Below are positions 50,230-58,998 of a stretch of 64,000 bases of DNA, one piece after another (position 1 is the stretch's first letter; every line of letters starts with the position of its first letter). The DNA is from a virus (taxonomy: Duplodnaviria; Caudoviricetes): IMG/VR virus record IMGVR_UViG_3300046167_000724. The stretch is one strand, 5' to 3'. The notes beneath the pieces are model-generated. The model ran no database searches, had not been told where the DNA came from, and saw only the letters and a list, made by a program, of their open reading frames with translations. The translations under genes and the position numbers were made by a program.

Positions 50230-51059
50230 TTATAACAGAGGTTAAAGAATTAAATCCAATGGAGCGTTTTGCTTATTGGGTAAGTGAAAGGACACAGATT
50301 ACAAAAAAGAAAGACGCTGGAGAACCAGGACCTTGGACCGATGACCAAATCTTACAAGCTAATCACTTTACTAATGTTCGTCGTGAAGATGATAAAGTTA
50401 GTCGATGGTTGGTTGAAAATTTATATAATGAATACACACCATCAGCATGGGCAACTATTCTTGTTGCACGTTTTGTAAACAATCCAGTCACATTAGGTTT
50501 GATTGCAGATGATTTAAAAGCAGGTGATTTACCATCAGCTAAAGCTAAACTACAAGAATTTGGTAAAGGTAAAGAACCTATTTTCCGTTCAGCTTATTTA
50601 CAACCTGAAATTAAAGGTGTAAACAGACTTGATAAAATCTTTGATATACTAGCCCCACAAATCCTTGAAGCTGATATATCAACTGAAAAGATTGAATATG
50701 CAATACGCGATATTTGTACAATTAAATATATGGGTGAATTTATGGCAGGTCAGATTGTAATGGATGCAATGTTATTTGTTCCAGGTGAATGGTCAGACAC
50801 AAACACATATGCACCAGAAGGCCCAGGTAGTTTACGAGGCATTGCACGTCTTAAAGAAGTTAAACTTGAATCAAAGGTTAAGCGACCTGAATACAATGAG
50901 TGGTTGCATAAACTTTCAGAGTCTTTAGATGTTAGGGCACTTGATGTAGAACATGCACTTTGCGAATGGGATAAATACGAGCGACTTCTTTGGGGTCAAG
51001 GTAATTATAACAGAGCTTATAAAAACTCAAGCAACTGGGCACAAACTTCTTTATTCTAA
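50226..51059 (+). CDS. aGPT-Pplase / 5-hmdU-DNA modification family protein (helical, glycosylase-like fold)
   Basis: F.YWV.ER..I...AGEPGPWTDDQIL..HFTNVRREDDKVSRWL; G..MAGQIVMD; GPGSLRGI; EHALCEWDKY. Confidence 0.75.
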   Translation: MIITEVKELNPMERFAYWVSERTQITKKKDAGEPGPWTDDQILQANHFTNVRREDDKVSRWLVENLYNEYTPSAWATILVARFVNNPVTLGLIADDLKAGDLPSAKAKLQEFGKGKEPIFRSAYLQPEIKGVNRLDKIFDILAPQILEADISTEKIEYAIRDICTIKYMGEFMAGQIVMDAMLFVPGEWSDTNTYAPEGPGSLRGIARLKEVKLESKVKRPEYNEWLHKLSESLDVRALDVEHALCEWDKYERLLWGQGNYNRAYKNSSNWAQTSLF

Positions 51060-51295
51060 TGGATTATAACATGATTATGCGTTCTGGCAAATATGCTGGA
51101 TATACAATTGGTGAAATGGCTTTTAAAGACCCTCGTTATTTTAGATGGGTTAAAGAAAATAGACCCTGAGATGTTAAAAAGTCATGCTAAGAAAAAAGCA
51201 CAAGCCCTACTAAACAAGTACAACAAAATATTGAAGATCATCCAGGTAAAACTATTAAGCCACTTGAACCCGGTAGCTGGGATAGTGCATTTTAG
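51059..51295 (+). pseudogene. Small protein (GKYAG..YFRW motif) broken by compensating indels
   Basis: MDYNMIMRSGKYAGYTIGEMAFKDPRYFRWVKENRP then TGA; +1 at ~51165 and -1 in the A run at ~51195 restore a natural-looking ORF ending 51295. Confidence 0.55.
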
Positions 51296-51400
51296 GACAC
51301 TTTGTCGTGGTCATTTTAAAAATAAGACAATATGACTTAATTGTTCAATTGGCATAATTCCTACATTATTAAAGGTGTTAAACCAAAAATAATATAAACT

Positions 51401-51769
51401 ATGATTTTTACAAAAACAACAACACAACATCCATTTTTTGATTTTATGGAACCAATTATGAACGATACTTGGGACCTGCCTAAATTTAATCCTTCTAGTA
51501 AGGTAAAAGAAACTGAAACAGGTTTCGATATTAAACTAGCAATCCCAGGTATTCCTTCGAAAGATGTTTCAGTTGAAGTAGACGCAGCTAAAAGCGAACT
51601 TTATATTGAATATGCTGGTGAAGGTAATGAGTTTGTAACTAAGTTTAAAAAGACTTACGAAATTCCAACAACGATTGATATTGATTCAATTTCAGTTTCA
51701 GTAAAACACGGAATTCTTGAAGTTGTAATGTCAAGAAAAGAAGAAGTCTCAAGAAAGAAAATCTTTTAA
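51401..51769 (+). CDS. Small heat-shock protein Hsp20
   Basis: IKLAIPGIPSKDVSVEV..F.KTYEIP..IDIDSISVSVKHGILEV. Confidence 0.92.
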   Translation: MIFTKTTTQHPFFDFMEPIMNDTWDLPKFNPSSKVKETETGFDIKLAIPGIPSKDVSVEVDAAKSELYIEYAGEGNEFVTKFKKTYEIPTTIDIDSISVSVKHGILEVVMSRKEEVSRKKIF

Positions 51770-51788
51770 TTTGAGAAAATAAATTTGA

Positions 51789-51823
51789 ATCCGGGGCTAA
51801 AATAATTGGTCCCGGATTTTTTT
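51789..51823 (+). terminator. Rho-independent terminator overlapping a class I promoter
   Basis: ATCCGGG/CCCGGAT stem plus T run. Confidence 0.75.
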
Positions 51824-51859
51824 ATGTCAAATATTTTGCCTATATTTACTATGTAATCA

Positions 51860-52198
51860 ATGAGAAATAGAAATATGAAAAAGATTTTGACTTTTGTGTT
51901 TAAGCACCCTCTGGGTGACTGCACCAACAACGGACTTAGTTCTAAGGCAAACAACTTAGACTTGTATTACAACGTCACAGAATCTGACTATGAAGCCCTG
52001 AGCGCATTAGACGAAGATGTGTTAGTACTTGTAGAACGTGGCAGCTTTCAAGGCCGTCTACTGGGGGACATTGCAGTTCCTTTCAGCATTTTGAAAACTG
52101 GTGTTTGGTCAATGTCCGGCGGAAATTTTGTGTACACTTCAGACTCACGTTTTCCTAGTGATTCACCAATTTCGGTACACGACAGGGTTGAATCGTAA
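51860..52198 (+). CDS. Hypothetical phage protein
   Basis: GDCTNNGLSS..MSGGNFVYTSDSRF..PISVHDRVE; class I promoter upstream. Confidence 0.8.
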   Translation: MRNRNMKKILTFVFKHPLGDCTNNGLSSKANNLDLYYNVTESDYEALSALDEDVLVLVERGSFQGRLLGDIAVPFSILKTGVWSMSGGNFVYTSDSRFPSDSPISVHDRVES

Positions 52199-52250
52199 AA
52201 TAATTTGACCAAAACTTTTTTATGTCAATTATTTTGCCTATATTTATAAT

Positions 52251-52655
52251 ATGATAAAAGAAACAAATATGCCTAAAACTAAAAATTACCAGTACGGTAT
52301 TGAAATTACAAAACCGTGGTCGTCTGAAATGTATTCATTTAACGAAAATTTAAAAGAGTACTACAAAGATGAGATTTTAAATTGTATTAACTCTTTAGAA
52401 ACTTTTGAACAATGTAACATTGTTGCAAGTTGTATTGAAGGTTCTACGTACAGTAATGACTTTAGTGTAGAGCATATAAAAAATAATCTTATAAATACAT
52501 TAGAGTGTTCTGAATCTTATTGGTATAATGAAATGATTGAGGCGTTAGAGTCTGGAGGTTTTATTGAAATGATGCGATTTGAAGCCACTCCAGAAATGTC
52601 AAATATTTCAGAAGATGAGATCGGTACTAAAATGAACTTAATTGGATTTAATTAA
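52251..52655 (+). CDS. Hypothetical protein
   Basis: Class I promoter upstream. Confidence 0.7.
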   Translation: MIKETNMPKTKNYQYGIEITKPWSSEMYSFNENLKEYYKDEILNCINSLETFEQCNIVASCIEGSTYSNDFSVEHIKNNLINTLECSESYWYNEMIEALESGGFIEMMRFEATPEMSNISEDEIGTKMNLIGFN

Positions 52656-52669
52656 AAAAATAAAGTATA

Positions 52670-52984
52670 ATGATGGAAGAATATAACGACTACGAAGAAT
52701 ACGAAAACTTTGATAATTCACAAGAAATTAAAGAAGCCGCAGAACGTGCAAGAGAAGCCACACTTAAAAAAGCAATTGCAGAAAACTACGTCAAATTAAC
52801 GACTAAAGGTTTTAATGCACAACAAATTGCGTTGTGGAGTATTTCAGAAATTGAAGACATGATGAGTACTATCACGTATATGATTGAATACTTTGAGGAA
52901 CTGGAAGCATATGAAAAATGTGCACAATTAGTAAAAGCCCGTAAATGCCTTATTAATCAAGAATCTTACTTACCATTAATGTAA
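52670..52984 (+). CDS. Hypothetical protein with C-terminal UVR-like motif
   Basis: IEYFEELEAYEKCAQL. Confidence 0.75.
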   Translation: MMEEYNDYEEYENFDNSQEIKEAAERAREATLKKAIAENYVKLTTKGFNAQQIALWSISEIEDMMSTITYMIEYFEELEAYEKCAQLVKARKCLINQESYLPLM

Positions 52985-52994
52985 TATATATGTT

Positions 52995-53126
52995 ATGGAA
53001 GATAAAAGATTAGAGCGTATTCGTCACTACAAAGGTAACATAAAAGACTTTGAATCATTCTTTAAAGATAAAGAAAATGAAACAAAGCAACCTCCAGAGA
53101 GTAAAATTGATATAGAAAAACAATAA
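52995..53126 (+). CDS. Small hypothetical protein, 43 aa
   Basis: MEDKRLERIRHYKGNIKDFESFF.., translated by hand. Confidence 0.5.
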   Translation: MEDKRLERIRHYKGNIKDFESFFKDKENETKQPPESKIDIEKQ

Positions 53127-53130
53127 TACC

Positions 53131-53316
53131 ATGGAATCAAATTTAGAAAGTGTTCTTGAACGTATTGCAAATGCGCTTGAGCGTCAAAACCAACTTTTAG
53201 AAAATAAAGAGTTTCGTCAAATCAAACTTGACAAATTGACTGCTGAAAAAACAAAATTGCAAATCAAAGAATCAAAAGTAATAAAGACAACACCTCGTAT
53301 TAACAAAGAAGGTTAA
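53131..53316 (+). CDS. Small coiled-coil protein
   Basis: LERIANALERQN; stop overlaps the dnaJ start. Confidence 0.65.
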   Translation: MESNLESVLERIANALERQNQLLENKEFRQIKLDKLTAEKTKLQIKESKVIKTTPRINKEG

Positions 53317-54146
53317 TGAGTTATTACGATACATTGGGGGTTACCGAACATGCGTCAAAAGACGACATTAAAAAAGCATACCGTAAACTCAGTAAGCAAC
53401 ACCACCCGGATATGAGCGATGGTGATGAGGCAACTTTCAAACAAATTGCAGAAGCTTACGAACATCTATCCGATGATATAAAACGTGCACAATACGATGC
53501 TTCACGTATGAATCCGTTTGCAAATATGGGCGGTGCTGGATTTAATTTTGAAGGTAACTTTGCAGATATGTTTAATCATCACTTTGGTGGTGACCCAAGA
53601 AAAGCCCGCGGACAAAACCATACGGTTATTGCCAACATTTCATTATTAGATGCATATTTAGGTGCAGAGAAGCAGTTTAATATCAATGGTGAACTTCTTA
53701 AAATAACAATACCACAAGGTGCTTTGACCGGCACCAAATTAAGATTAGCTGGAAAAGGTCAAACCAATCCGTATAATCCATCAGCCGGCCGAGGTGACCT
53801 TATTATTCAAATTCAAGTACAACCAGACCCCAACTATATTGTTAATGGTGCTGATGTTTGGATTGATTATGCGTTGCCTTGGTGGGATTTAATAACGGGT
53901 ATTAAAATAGATGTTACATTGATTGACGGTACAATTATAAAGGTGCCTGTTAGTGAACAATCGTATACTGGTAAAGTTTTAAGGGTTAAAGATAAAGGTT
54001 TTCCGATATATAATACATCTAAGTATGGGATGTTGATGATTAAGCTAAATGCAACTTTTCCACAATTAGACGAAGAGTCAATTAAAAAAGTTAATGAAAT
54101 AAAAGAATCGGTAAGTGGATTGGAACAGCGAAATACACAGATCTAA
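53316..54146 (+). CDS. dnaJ: DnaJ-class co-chaperone (J domain, G/F-rich linker, C-terminal domain; no Zn finger)
   Basis: SYYDTLGV..IKKAYRKLSKQHHPD..FKQIAEAYEHLSD; LRLAGKG..GDL; LRVKDKGFP. Confidence 0.93.
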   Translation: MSYYDTLGVTEHASKDDIKKAYRKLSKQHHPDMSDGDEATFKQIAEAYEHLSDDIKRAQYDASRMNPFANMGGAGFNFEGNFADMFNHHFGGDPRKARGQNHTVIANISLLDAYLGAEKQFNINGELLKITIPQGALTGTKLRLAGKGQTNPYNPSAGRGDLIIQIQVQPDPNYIVNGADVWIDYALPWWDLITGIKIDVTLIDGTIIKVPVSEQSYTGKVLRVKDKGFPIYNTSKYGMLMIKLNATFPQLDEESIKKVNEIKESVSGLEQRNTQI

Positions 54147-54378
54147 TTTTGTATTAGGACTTTTACAAATAGGTGAACTAGATGTTGACCAAATGATGGA
54201 TACTTTATACGACGTACTTTCAGAAAAACATGTTGAAATATTTAGTGGTAACGATAGACCTACTGAAGAAATTGAATCAGCACTTAATCAAATTATTAAA
54301 TGGTTTGAAGATAATGAAAGATACGAAGAGTGTCATAAATTAAAACAGATTAAAGAGCAATGCTTAGAATTGAGATAA
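54115..54378 (+). CDS. Hypothetical protein with UVR-like motif
   Basis: IKWFEDNERYEECHKL. Confidence 0.7.
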   Translation: MDWNSEIHRSNFVLGLLQIGELDVDQMMDTLYDVLSEKHVEIFSGNDRPTEEIESALNQIIKWFEDNERYEECHKLKQIKEQCLELR

Positions 54379-54545
54379 AAGATAATAATATAGAAAAGGC
54401 TTTAAAGCAATATAAAAGAAAAGTCATCAAGACTGGACAACTTAAGAGTTTAAGAAATAACAGGTATTATGTAAAACCTGCTACAGTTAAGCGACTTAAG
54501 ATGCAAAAAGCAATCAGAGTAAATAACTGGAATTCGACCAGTTAG
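54360..54545 (+). CDS. rpsU: Ribosomal protein bS21
   Basis: MLRIEIKDNNIEKALKQYKRK..KTG.LK.LR..YYVKP..KR. Confidence 0.92.
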   Translation: MLRIEIKDNNIEKALKQYKRKVIKTGQLKSLRNNRYYVKPATVKRLKMQKAIRVNNWNSTS

Positions 54546-54689
54546 GCATAATTTTTTCATAACATAATAAACATATTTACATCATTATATTATTATATGT
54601 AAATTGTCTATTTTGCAGTTTGTATATTGACCGTTTCAATATATAAATAAAGGTATCAATATCGAGACCGCTAAAAAATTATACCGCTA

Positions 54690-54950
54690 ATGTCATTCGA
54701 AATTTCAAGTGAAGAAAAGGACGCTTTAATGAGAGCTGCGTATTACACGCTAACTAGAAACTTCACGAAAACAGTTAATCGATTTGTTGTATTCAAAGAT
54801 GGTGAAAACATTGTTGAAATACCACATGGCATCGCACAGCGTAGTAAATTTATCGATGTATTAGTAATATACTTTGAAGAACAGGAAGAGTACGAAAAAT
54901 GTGACAAATTAATTAAGTTAAAAGAACTTGTCATAATGGCAGGTGACTAA
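54690..54950 (+). CDS. Hypothetical protein with UVR-like motif
   Basis: IYFEEQEEYEKCDKL. Confidence 0.7.
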   Translation: MSFEISSEEKDALMRAAYYTLTRNFTKTVNRFVVFKDGENIVEIPHGIAQRSKFIDVLVIYFEEQEEYEKCDKLIKLKELVIMAGD

Positions 54951-54964
54951 AAATAAATAGATAT

Positions 54965-55657
54965 ATGTCAAACCGAAAGGTACAATCTACACGTAGAGTA
55001 TTTGACAGTAATACGCTTAAGGGTGTGCAATTACGTCAATCTCAACACAAATATGTAAACACTGTTGAAGAAAATCAAGTAACATTCTGTTACGGACCAG
55101 CAGGAACATCAAAAACATTTACAGCATGTTATATAGCTCTAAAAATGTTAGAGCGCAAAGAGATTTCACAAATCATTCTTTGTAAACCAATTCAAGAGGC
55201 TGGTGAGAAATTAGGATTTCTACCAGGTGAGGTGTCAGAGAAAATCGCACCATATATTAAATCATACAAATCAAACATTGAAAAGATTATAGGTCCTGAA
55301 AAGACTGAACTTCTTTTTGAGAAAGATATTTTTAAGTTTGAACCTTTAGCTTATATGAGAGGCAATACTTACGATGATGCTTTAATGATTTTAGATGAAG
55401 CACAAAATGCAGATTGGAAGCAACTTATGTTATTTGTTACAAGAATGGGTAAATCTTCAAAGGTTATTGTTGCAGGTGATGTTTCACAGTCAGATATTAC
55501 AAAGTCAAGAGTTTCTTTGCCTTCATTTATTGAAATGATTGAAGCTGTAAAAGGTGTTGGTAAGCATATTTTTAACGAGACAGATATTGTTAGGGCTAAA
55601 ATCCTACAAGACATTGTTAGAAAATACGACAAATGGAAAGACGAGAACAACAAATAG
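54965..55657 (+). CDS. phoH: PhoH-family ATPase
   Basis: GPAGTSKT, EKLGFLPG, EPLAYMRG, ILDEAQN, TRMGKSSK, GDVSQSD. Confidence 0.96.
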   Translation: MSNRKVQSTRRVFDSNTLKGVQLRQSQHKYVNTVEENQVTFCYGPAGTSKTFTACYIALKMLERKEISQIILCKPIQEAGEKLGFLPGEVSEKIAPYIKSYKSNIEKIIGPEKTELLFEKDIFKFEPLAYMRGNTYDDALMILDEAQNADWKQLMLFVTRMGKSSKVIVAGDVSQSDITKSRVSLPSFIEMIEAVKGVGKHIFNETDIVRAKILQDIVRKYDKWKDENNK

Positions 55658-56079
55658 AAATTTGCGATGCAAAGTTTGAAGATTTAGAAAGACTTTGCGA
55701 AATTTATTCAGAAGCTTTTAGTGAAACTTCACCGATGACAAAACATTGGTGGGGTATTATGGAAAACCCAAATATTATTTATAGAGTAGCAATTGTCGAT
55801 GGAGAAATCTTAGGCGTTGCTACTTTAATAACTATAGGTAAGATTTTACGTTCAGGTTCTCGAATGGGATTAATTGAAGACGTTGCAATTGCCACAGAAG
55901 CTCGTGGGCTTGGTTTAGGGAAACTTTTAATAGAAGACTTGTTACACGTTGGTATGGATAAGGGTTGTTATAAAGTGGTTTTAAACTGCTCTGAGGCCAA
56001 TGTTGGTTTCTATGAAAAATGTGGTATGTATAAAGCGGAACATCAGATGAGATGGGACCGTCCAAAGAAACAAAATTAA
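55633..56079 (+). CDS. GNAT acetyltransferase, glucosamine-6-phosphate N-acetyltransferase (GNA1)-like
   Basis: GVATL..K..GLIEDVAI..RGLGLGKLLI..GCYKVVLNC..NVGFYEKCG. Confidence 0.8.
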   Translation: MERREQQIEICDAKFEDLERLCEIYSEAFSETSPMTKHWWGIMENPNIIYRVAIVDGEILGVATLITIGKILRSGSRMGLIEDVAIATEARGLGLGKLLIEDLLHVGMDKGCYKVVLNCSEANVGFYEKCGMYKAEHQMRWDRPKKQN

Positions 56080-56112
56080 CTTTTGCCGTATAATATCTGT
56101 AATAAAGATATA

Positions 56113-56745
56113 ATGGGAAAACACATACTACTTAAAGAATCATTTCACGGAGATAAGAACATTGTAGAGGTTGGTTTAGATGAAGCTGGTCGAGGCGCAC
56201 TATCAGGTCCTGTAACAGTAGCGGCGTGTATTATGCCCGCTGGATTTCAACATGAATTGATTAAAGATTCAAAGCTACTTAATGAGGGTGACCGTGCAGC
56301 GGCATGTCAGATTGTATTAAATAATGCAATTGCTTATAGTATTCAACACATTCATGTTGATGAGATTGAATCTACTAATATTCTTAAAGCAACTCTACTT
56401 GGTATGTATAAATCTTTAACAGATTTAGATGACCATGCACATCGCTTTGATTTTATTTTAGTTGATGGTGATCAATTCCACGGCTATCACGGTATTCCAT
56501 TTGAAACAATCGTTGGGGGTGACAATAAATATGTGTCAATTGCCGCAGCATCTATCCTTGCAAAAACTGCAAGAGATAATTACATGAAAGAAATCAGTAA
56601 ACAACACCCAGAGTATGGTTGGGGTTCTAATAAAGGATATGGTTCCGCACAACATAGAAATGCTATTGCAGAACTAGGCGCAACTAAACACCATAGACGT
56701 TCATTTATTAGTCATATGTTAACTAAAACCTCTAATTTGTTTTGA
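56113..56745 (+). CDS. rnhB: Ribonuclease HII
   Basis: GLDEAGRG..GPV, DSKLL, LVDG, GD..SIAAASILAK..RD, KGYG..H; ATG 56113 follows a class II promoter. Confidence 0.95.
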   Translation: MGKHILLKESFHGDKNIVEVGLDEAGRGALSGPVTVAACIMPAGFQHELIKDSKLLNEGDRAAACQIVLNNAIAYSIQHIHVDEIESTNILKATLLGMYKSLTDLDDHAHRFDFILVDGDQFHGYHGIPFETIVGGDNKYVSIAAASILAKTARDNYMKEISKQHPEYGWGSNKGYGSAQHRNAIAELGATKHHRRSFISHMLTKTSNLF

Positions 56746-57087
56746 GAGGTTTAATCCTAGGTTCATTATTATTTATGCTTGGTCAAGGTATGATTTGGAT
56801 TCAAACGAATGGTCAATTTGTATGGCCATGGTTTAAAAAGAATCCAATTACTGTATCTGTTGTATTTGGTAGTGTAATTTCATACATACTAATTTATGCA
56901 ACCAAGATGGTTGTTGGTCATTTTGATGGACAATTGTGGCCTAGTAGATTCATAGGCTTTTCAACCGGCATTGTAACATTTACAAGTTTGACCTATGCAT
57001 TTTTAGGCTGAGGGCATTACAATGAAAACGGCTATTTGTTTAATTTTAACATTTTGTATAATCTGTATACAAGTATTTATGAAATGA
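56742..57087 (+). CDS. Small multi-pass (DMT/SMR-like) membrane protein, +1 frameshift at ~57008
   Basis: Three TM helices then TGA; deleting one base continues EGITMKTAICLILTFCIICIQVFMK, giving a fourth TM helix. Confidence 0.65.
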
Positions 57088-57260
57088 CAACATTAGAATT
57101 TGCATTTGCATACTCTTTGGTATTAAGAATTATGAGACTTTATAAAAAATCAAAGTCTGAAAATCATGTTGAAGTACATTTACCTGAAGGTGTTAAATTT
57201 TTAATAACATTTGGTCTTATATACGGTTGGTTAATTTTTATAAATTATTTATTTCCATAA
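57084..57260 (+). CDS. Small two-TM protein
   Basis: ATG 57084 in an ATGA overlap with the corrected upstream gene. Confidence 0.55.
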   Translation: MTTLEFAFAYSLVLRIMRLYKKSKSENHVEVHLPEGVKFLITFGLIYGWLIFINYLFP

Positions 57261-57261
57261 T

Positions 57262-57382
57262 ATGAATCCAAAAGAGAAACAAACAGAACAAGACGACATA
57301 TTAGATATGCAGACTGAATGGGATTATTATTCAGGATTGCCCTAACCCTAAAGCATACGAAGATAATGAGTGTATATCATAA
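57262..57382 (+). CDS. Tiny acidic protein, +1 frameshift at ~57341
   Basis: MNPKEKQTEQDDILDMQTEWDYYSGLP; deleting one C continues NPKAYEDNECIS. Confidence 0.4.
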
Positions 57383-57968
57383 GTGGAGAACAGTATTTGT
57401 ACAAATTCCAAAAAACGCATCAACGTCGATTCATTCAACGTTAAGTAATCAAACAGATGAAGCACATGATCATGAACTTTATATTGAAGTTATATCTGCT
57501 AATGACCCTGAATTAATTGAAAGCTATTTTTCATTTGCGGTGATACGTAACCCGTATGACAGATTTGTATCATGTTATGAATATTTCAGAGACCCGATGC
57601 ACGACTGGCGTTGGAATTTATCATTTGAAGAACTAGTAGATGCATTTTACCAACGTGGTAAATATTTTTATACAACTGAAGATAGACACTGGTGGCCACA
57701 GTCTAGATTTATCGCTATTAAAAAAATTCCACTAGTTGATAAAATTATAAAATATGAAAACTTAGAAGATGAATGGCCTGAAATAATTAATGAAATTTCT
57801 AAGCAAACGCCCTCAAACTTTTCATTACCAATGAGTATCCTTCCTAAAAATAATGTAACATTTGTCAGAAATAATAAAAATTGGGAAGATTATTACACAC
57901 CTGAACTAAAAGAAAAGGTGTATTGGTTATACGAAAAAGATTTTGAATTATTTGGATATTCTAAGTAA
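57366..57968 (+). CDS. Sulfotransferase family 2 protein
   Basis: FVQIPKNASTS (5'-PSB), FAVIRNPYDRFVSCY (3'-PB), HWWPQ, IKYENLEDEW, Y.KDFELFGY. Confidence 0.88.
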   Translation: MSVYHKWRTVFVQIPKNASTSIHSTLSNQTDEAHDHELYIEVISANDPELIESYFSFAVIRNPYDRFVSCYEYFRDPMHDWRWNLSFEELVDAFYQRGKYFYTTEDRHWWPQSRFIAIKKIPLVDKIIKYENLEDEWPEIINEISKQTPSNFSLPMSILPKNNVTFVRNNKNWEDYYTPELKEKVYWLYEKDFELFGYSK

Positions 57969-58006
57969 TTTTTGAAACATTAATAAATACCGTCATATAA
58001 TTAGTA

Positions 58007-58486
58007 ATGGCAAACAAAATTGTACTTGTAGGAAAAGCGGCTTCTGGTAAAGATTACTTAAGAACCCGCCTTATGAATAAAGGTCTTAAATACGGTGTCT
58101 CACATACAACAAGAGACCCAAGGCCTGGAGAAGTAGATGGTAAAGATTATTGGTTTGTATCTGTTGATGAATTTATGAATTTAGTCGATGCGGGTCAAAT
58201 GGTCGAACACCAAATGTTTAACGGTTGGTATTACGGTATTACGCTTCCAGTATTTCAAGAAGCTGATATTATGATTATGAATGCAGAAGCGGTTGAACTT
58301 TTAGCTGAAGACATTAGAAACCAATGTACGGTAATTTATTTAGACATTCCACTTGAAGTTCGTCAAGCTAGACTTATGGAACGCGGTGATATACAAGATC
58401 CGATGAAGCGTAGGTTAAAAGCAGATGAAGAACAATTTGCAGGCTTTGAAAACTACGATATTAAAATAACAAACCCAGATTTTTAA
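58007..58486 (+). CDS. gmk: Guanylate kinase
   Basis: GKAASGKD, SHTTRDPRPGEVDGKDYWFVS, WYYG. Confidence 0.9.
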   Translation: MANKIVLVGKAASGKDYLRTRLMNKGLKYGVSHTTRDPRPGEVDGKDYWFVSVDEFMNLVDAGQMVEHQMFNGWYYGITLPVFQEADIMIMNAEAVELLAEDIRNQCTVIYLDIPLEVRQARLMERGDIQDPMKRRLKADEEQFAGFENYDIKITNPDF

Positions 58487-58506
58487 CATATATAAAAATA
58501 ATAACA

Positions 58507-58998
58507 ATGACAACAAAATCTATTCAATCAAAGATTAGCAAGTTAGAGAAGAAAGTAACAAAGATGCAAATCGACTCTACAACGCAGAATTTTTATTTAA
58601 CATTCAATCACGATACTGAATACCGTACCGTACTTGAATTAATTGATGATAATTATACATGGCAATCTAAGAATGCTGCACTTACTGTACATGTTTATGA
58701 TAAACTAGTAGAAGCACATAACAATGCTGATGTTACAGAAGGTGGCGTTACATTAGAACTACAAGCTACTATTATGTCAGGATTGTATAATATCTTGCTT
58801 AATACTGAAGGTACTGGTGTTGAAAATGCACGTACATTTACAAAGCTATTGACAAATCTAGGTGCACAGATTAGTGAAGCTATGAATAAACTTGCAAAGG
58901 ACAATGAAGAAATCCAAGCAATTCACGTTGAATTATCAGAACTAGAACAAAAGCTTACACAAAATGAAACAAGCGAGCAAATCGAAGAAAAGGCTTGA
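58507..58998 (+). CDS. Hypothetical coiled-coil protein
   Basis: 163-aa ORF with coiled-coil termini. Confidence 0.7.
   Translation: MTTKSIQSKISKLEKKVTKMQIDSTTQNFYLTFNHDTEYRTVLELIDDNYTWQSKNAALTVHVYDKLVEAHNNADVTEGGVTLELQATIMSGLYNILLNTEGTGVENARTFTKLLTNLGAQISEAMNKLAKDNEEIQAIHVELSELEQKLTQNETSEQIEEKA

Noticed and set aside
51160-57011. TGA stop-codon reassignment (in-frame TGA at 51167 and 57009)
   Set aside because: At 51167 a TAA follows in the same frame; at 57009 a frameshift gives a better TM helix; other genes end normally in TGA and TAG
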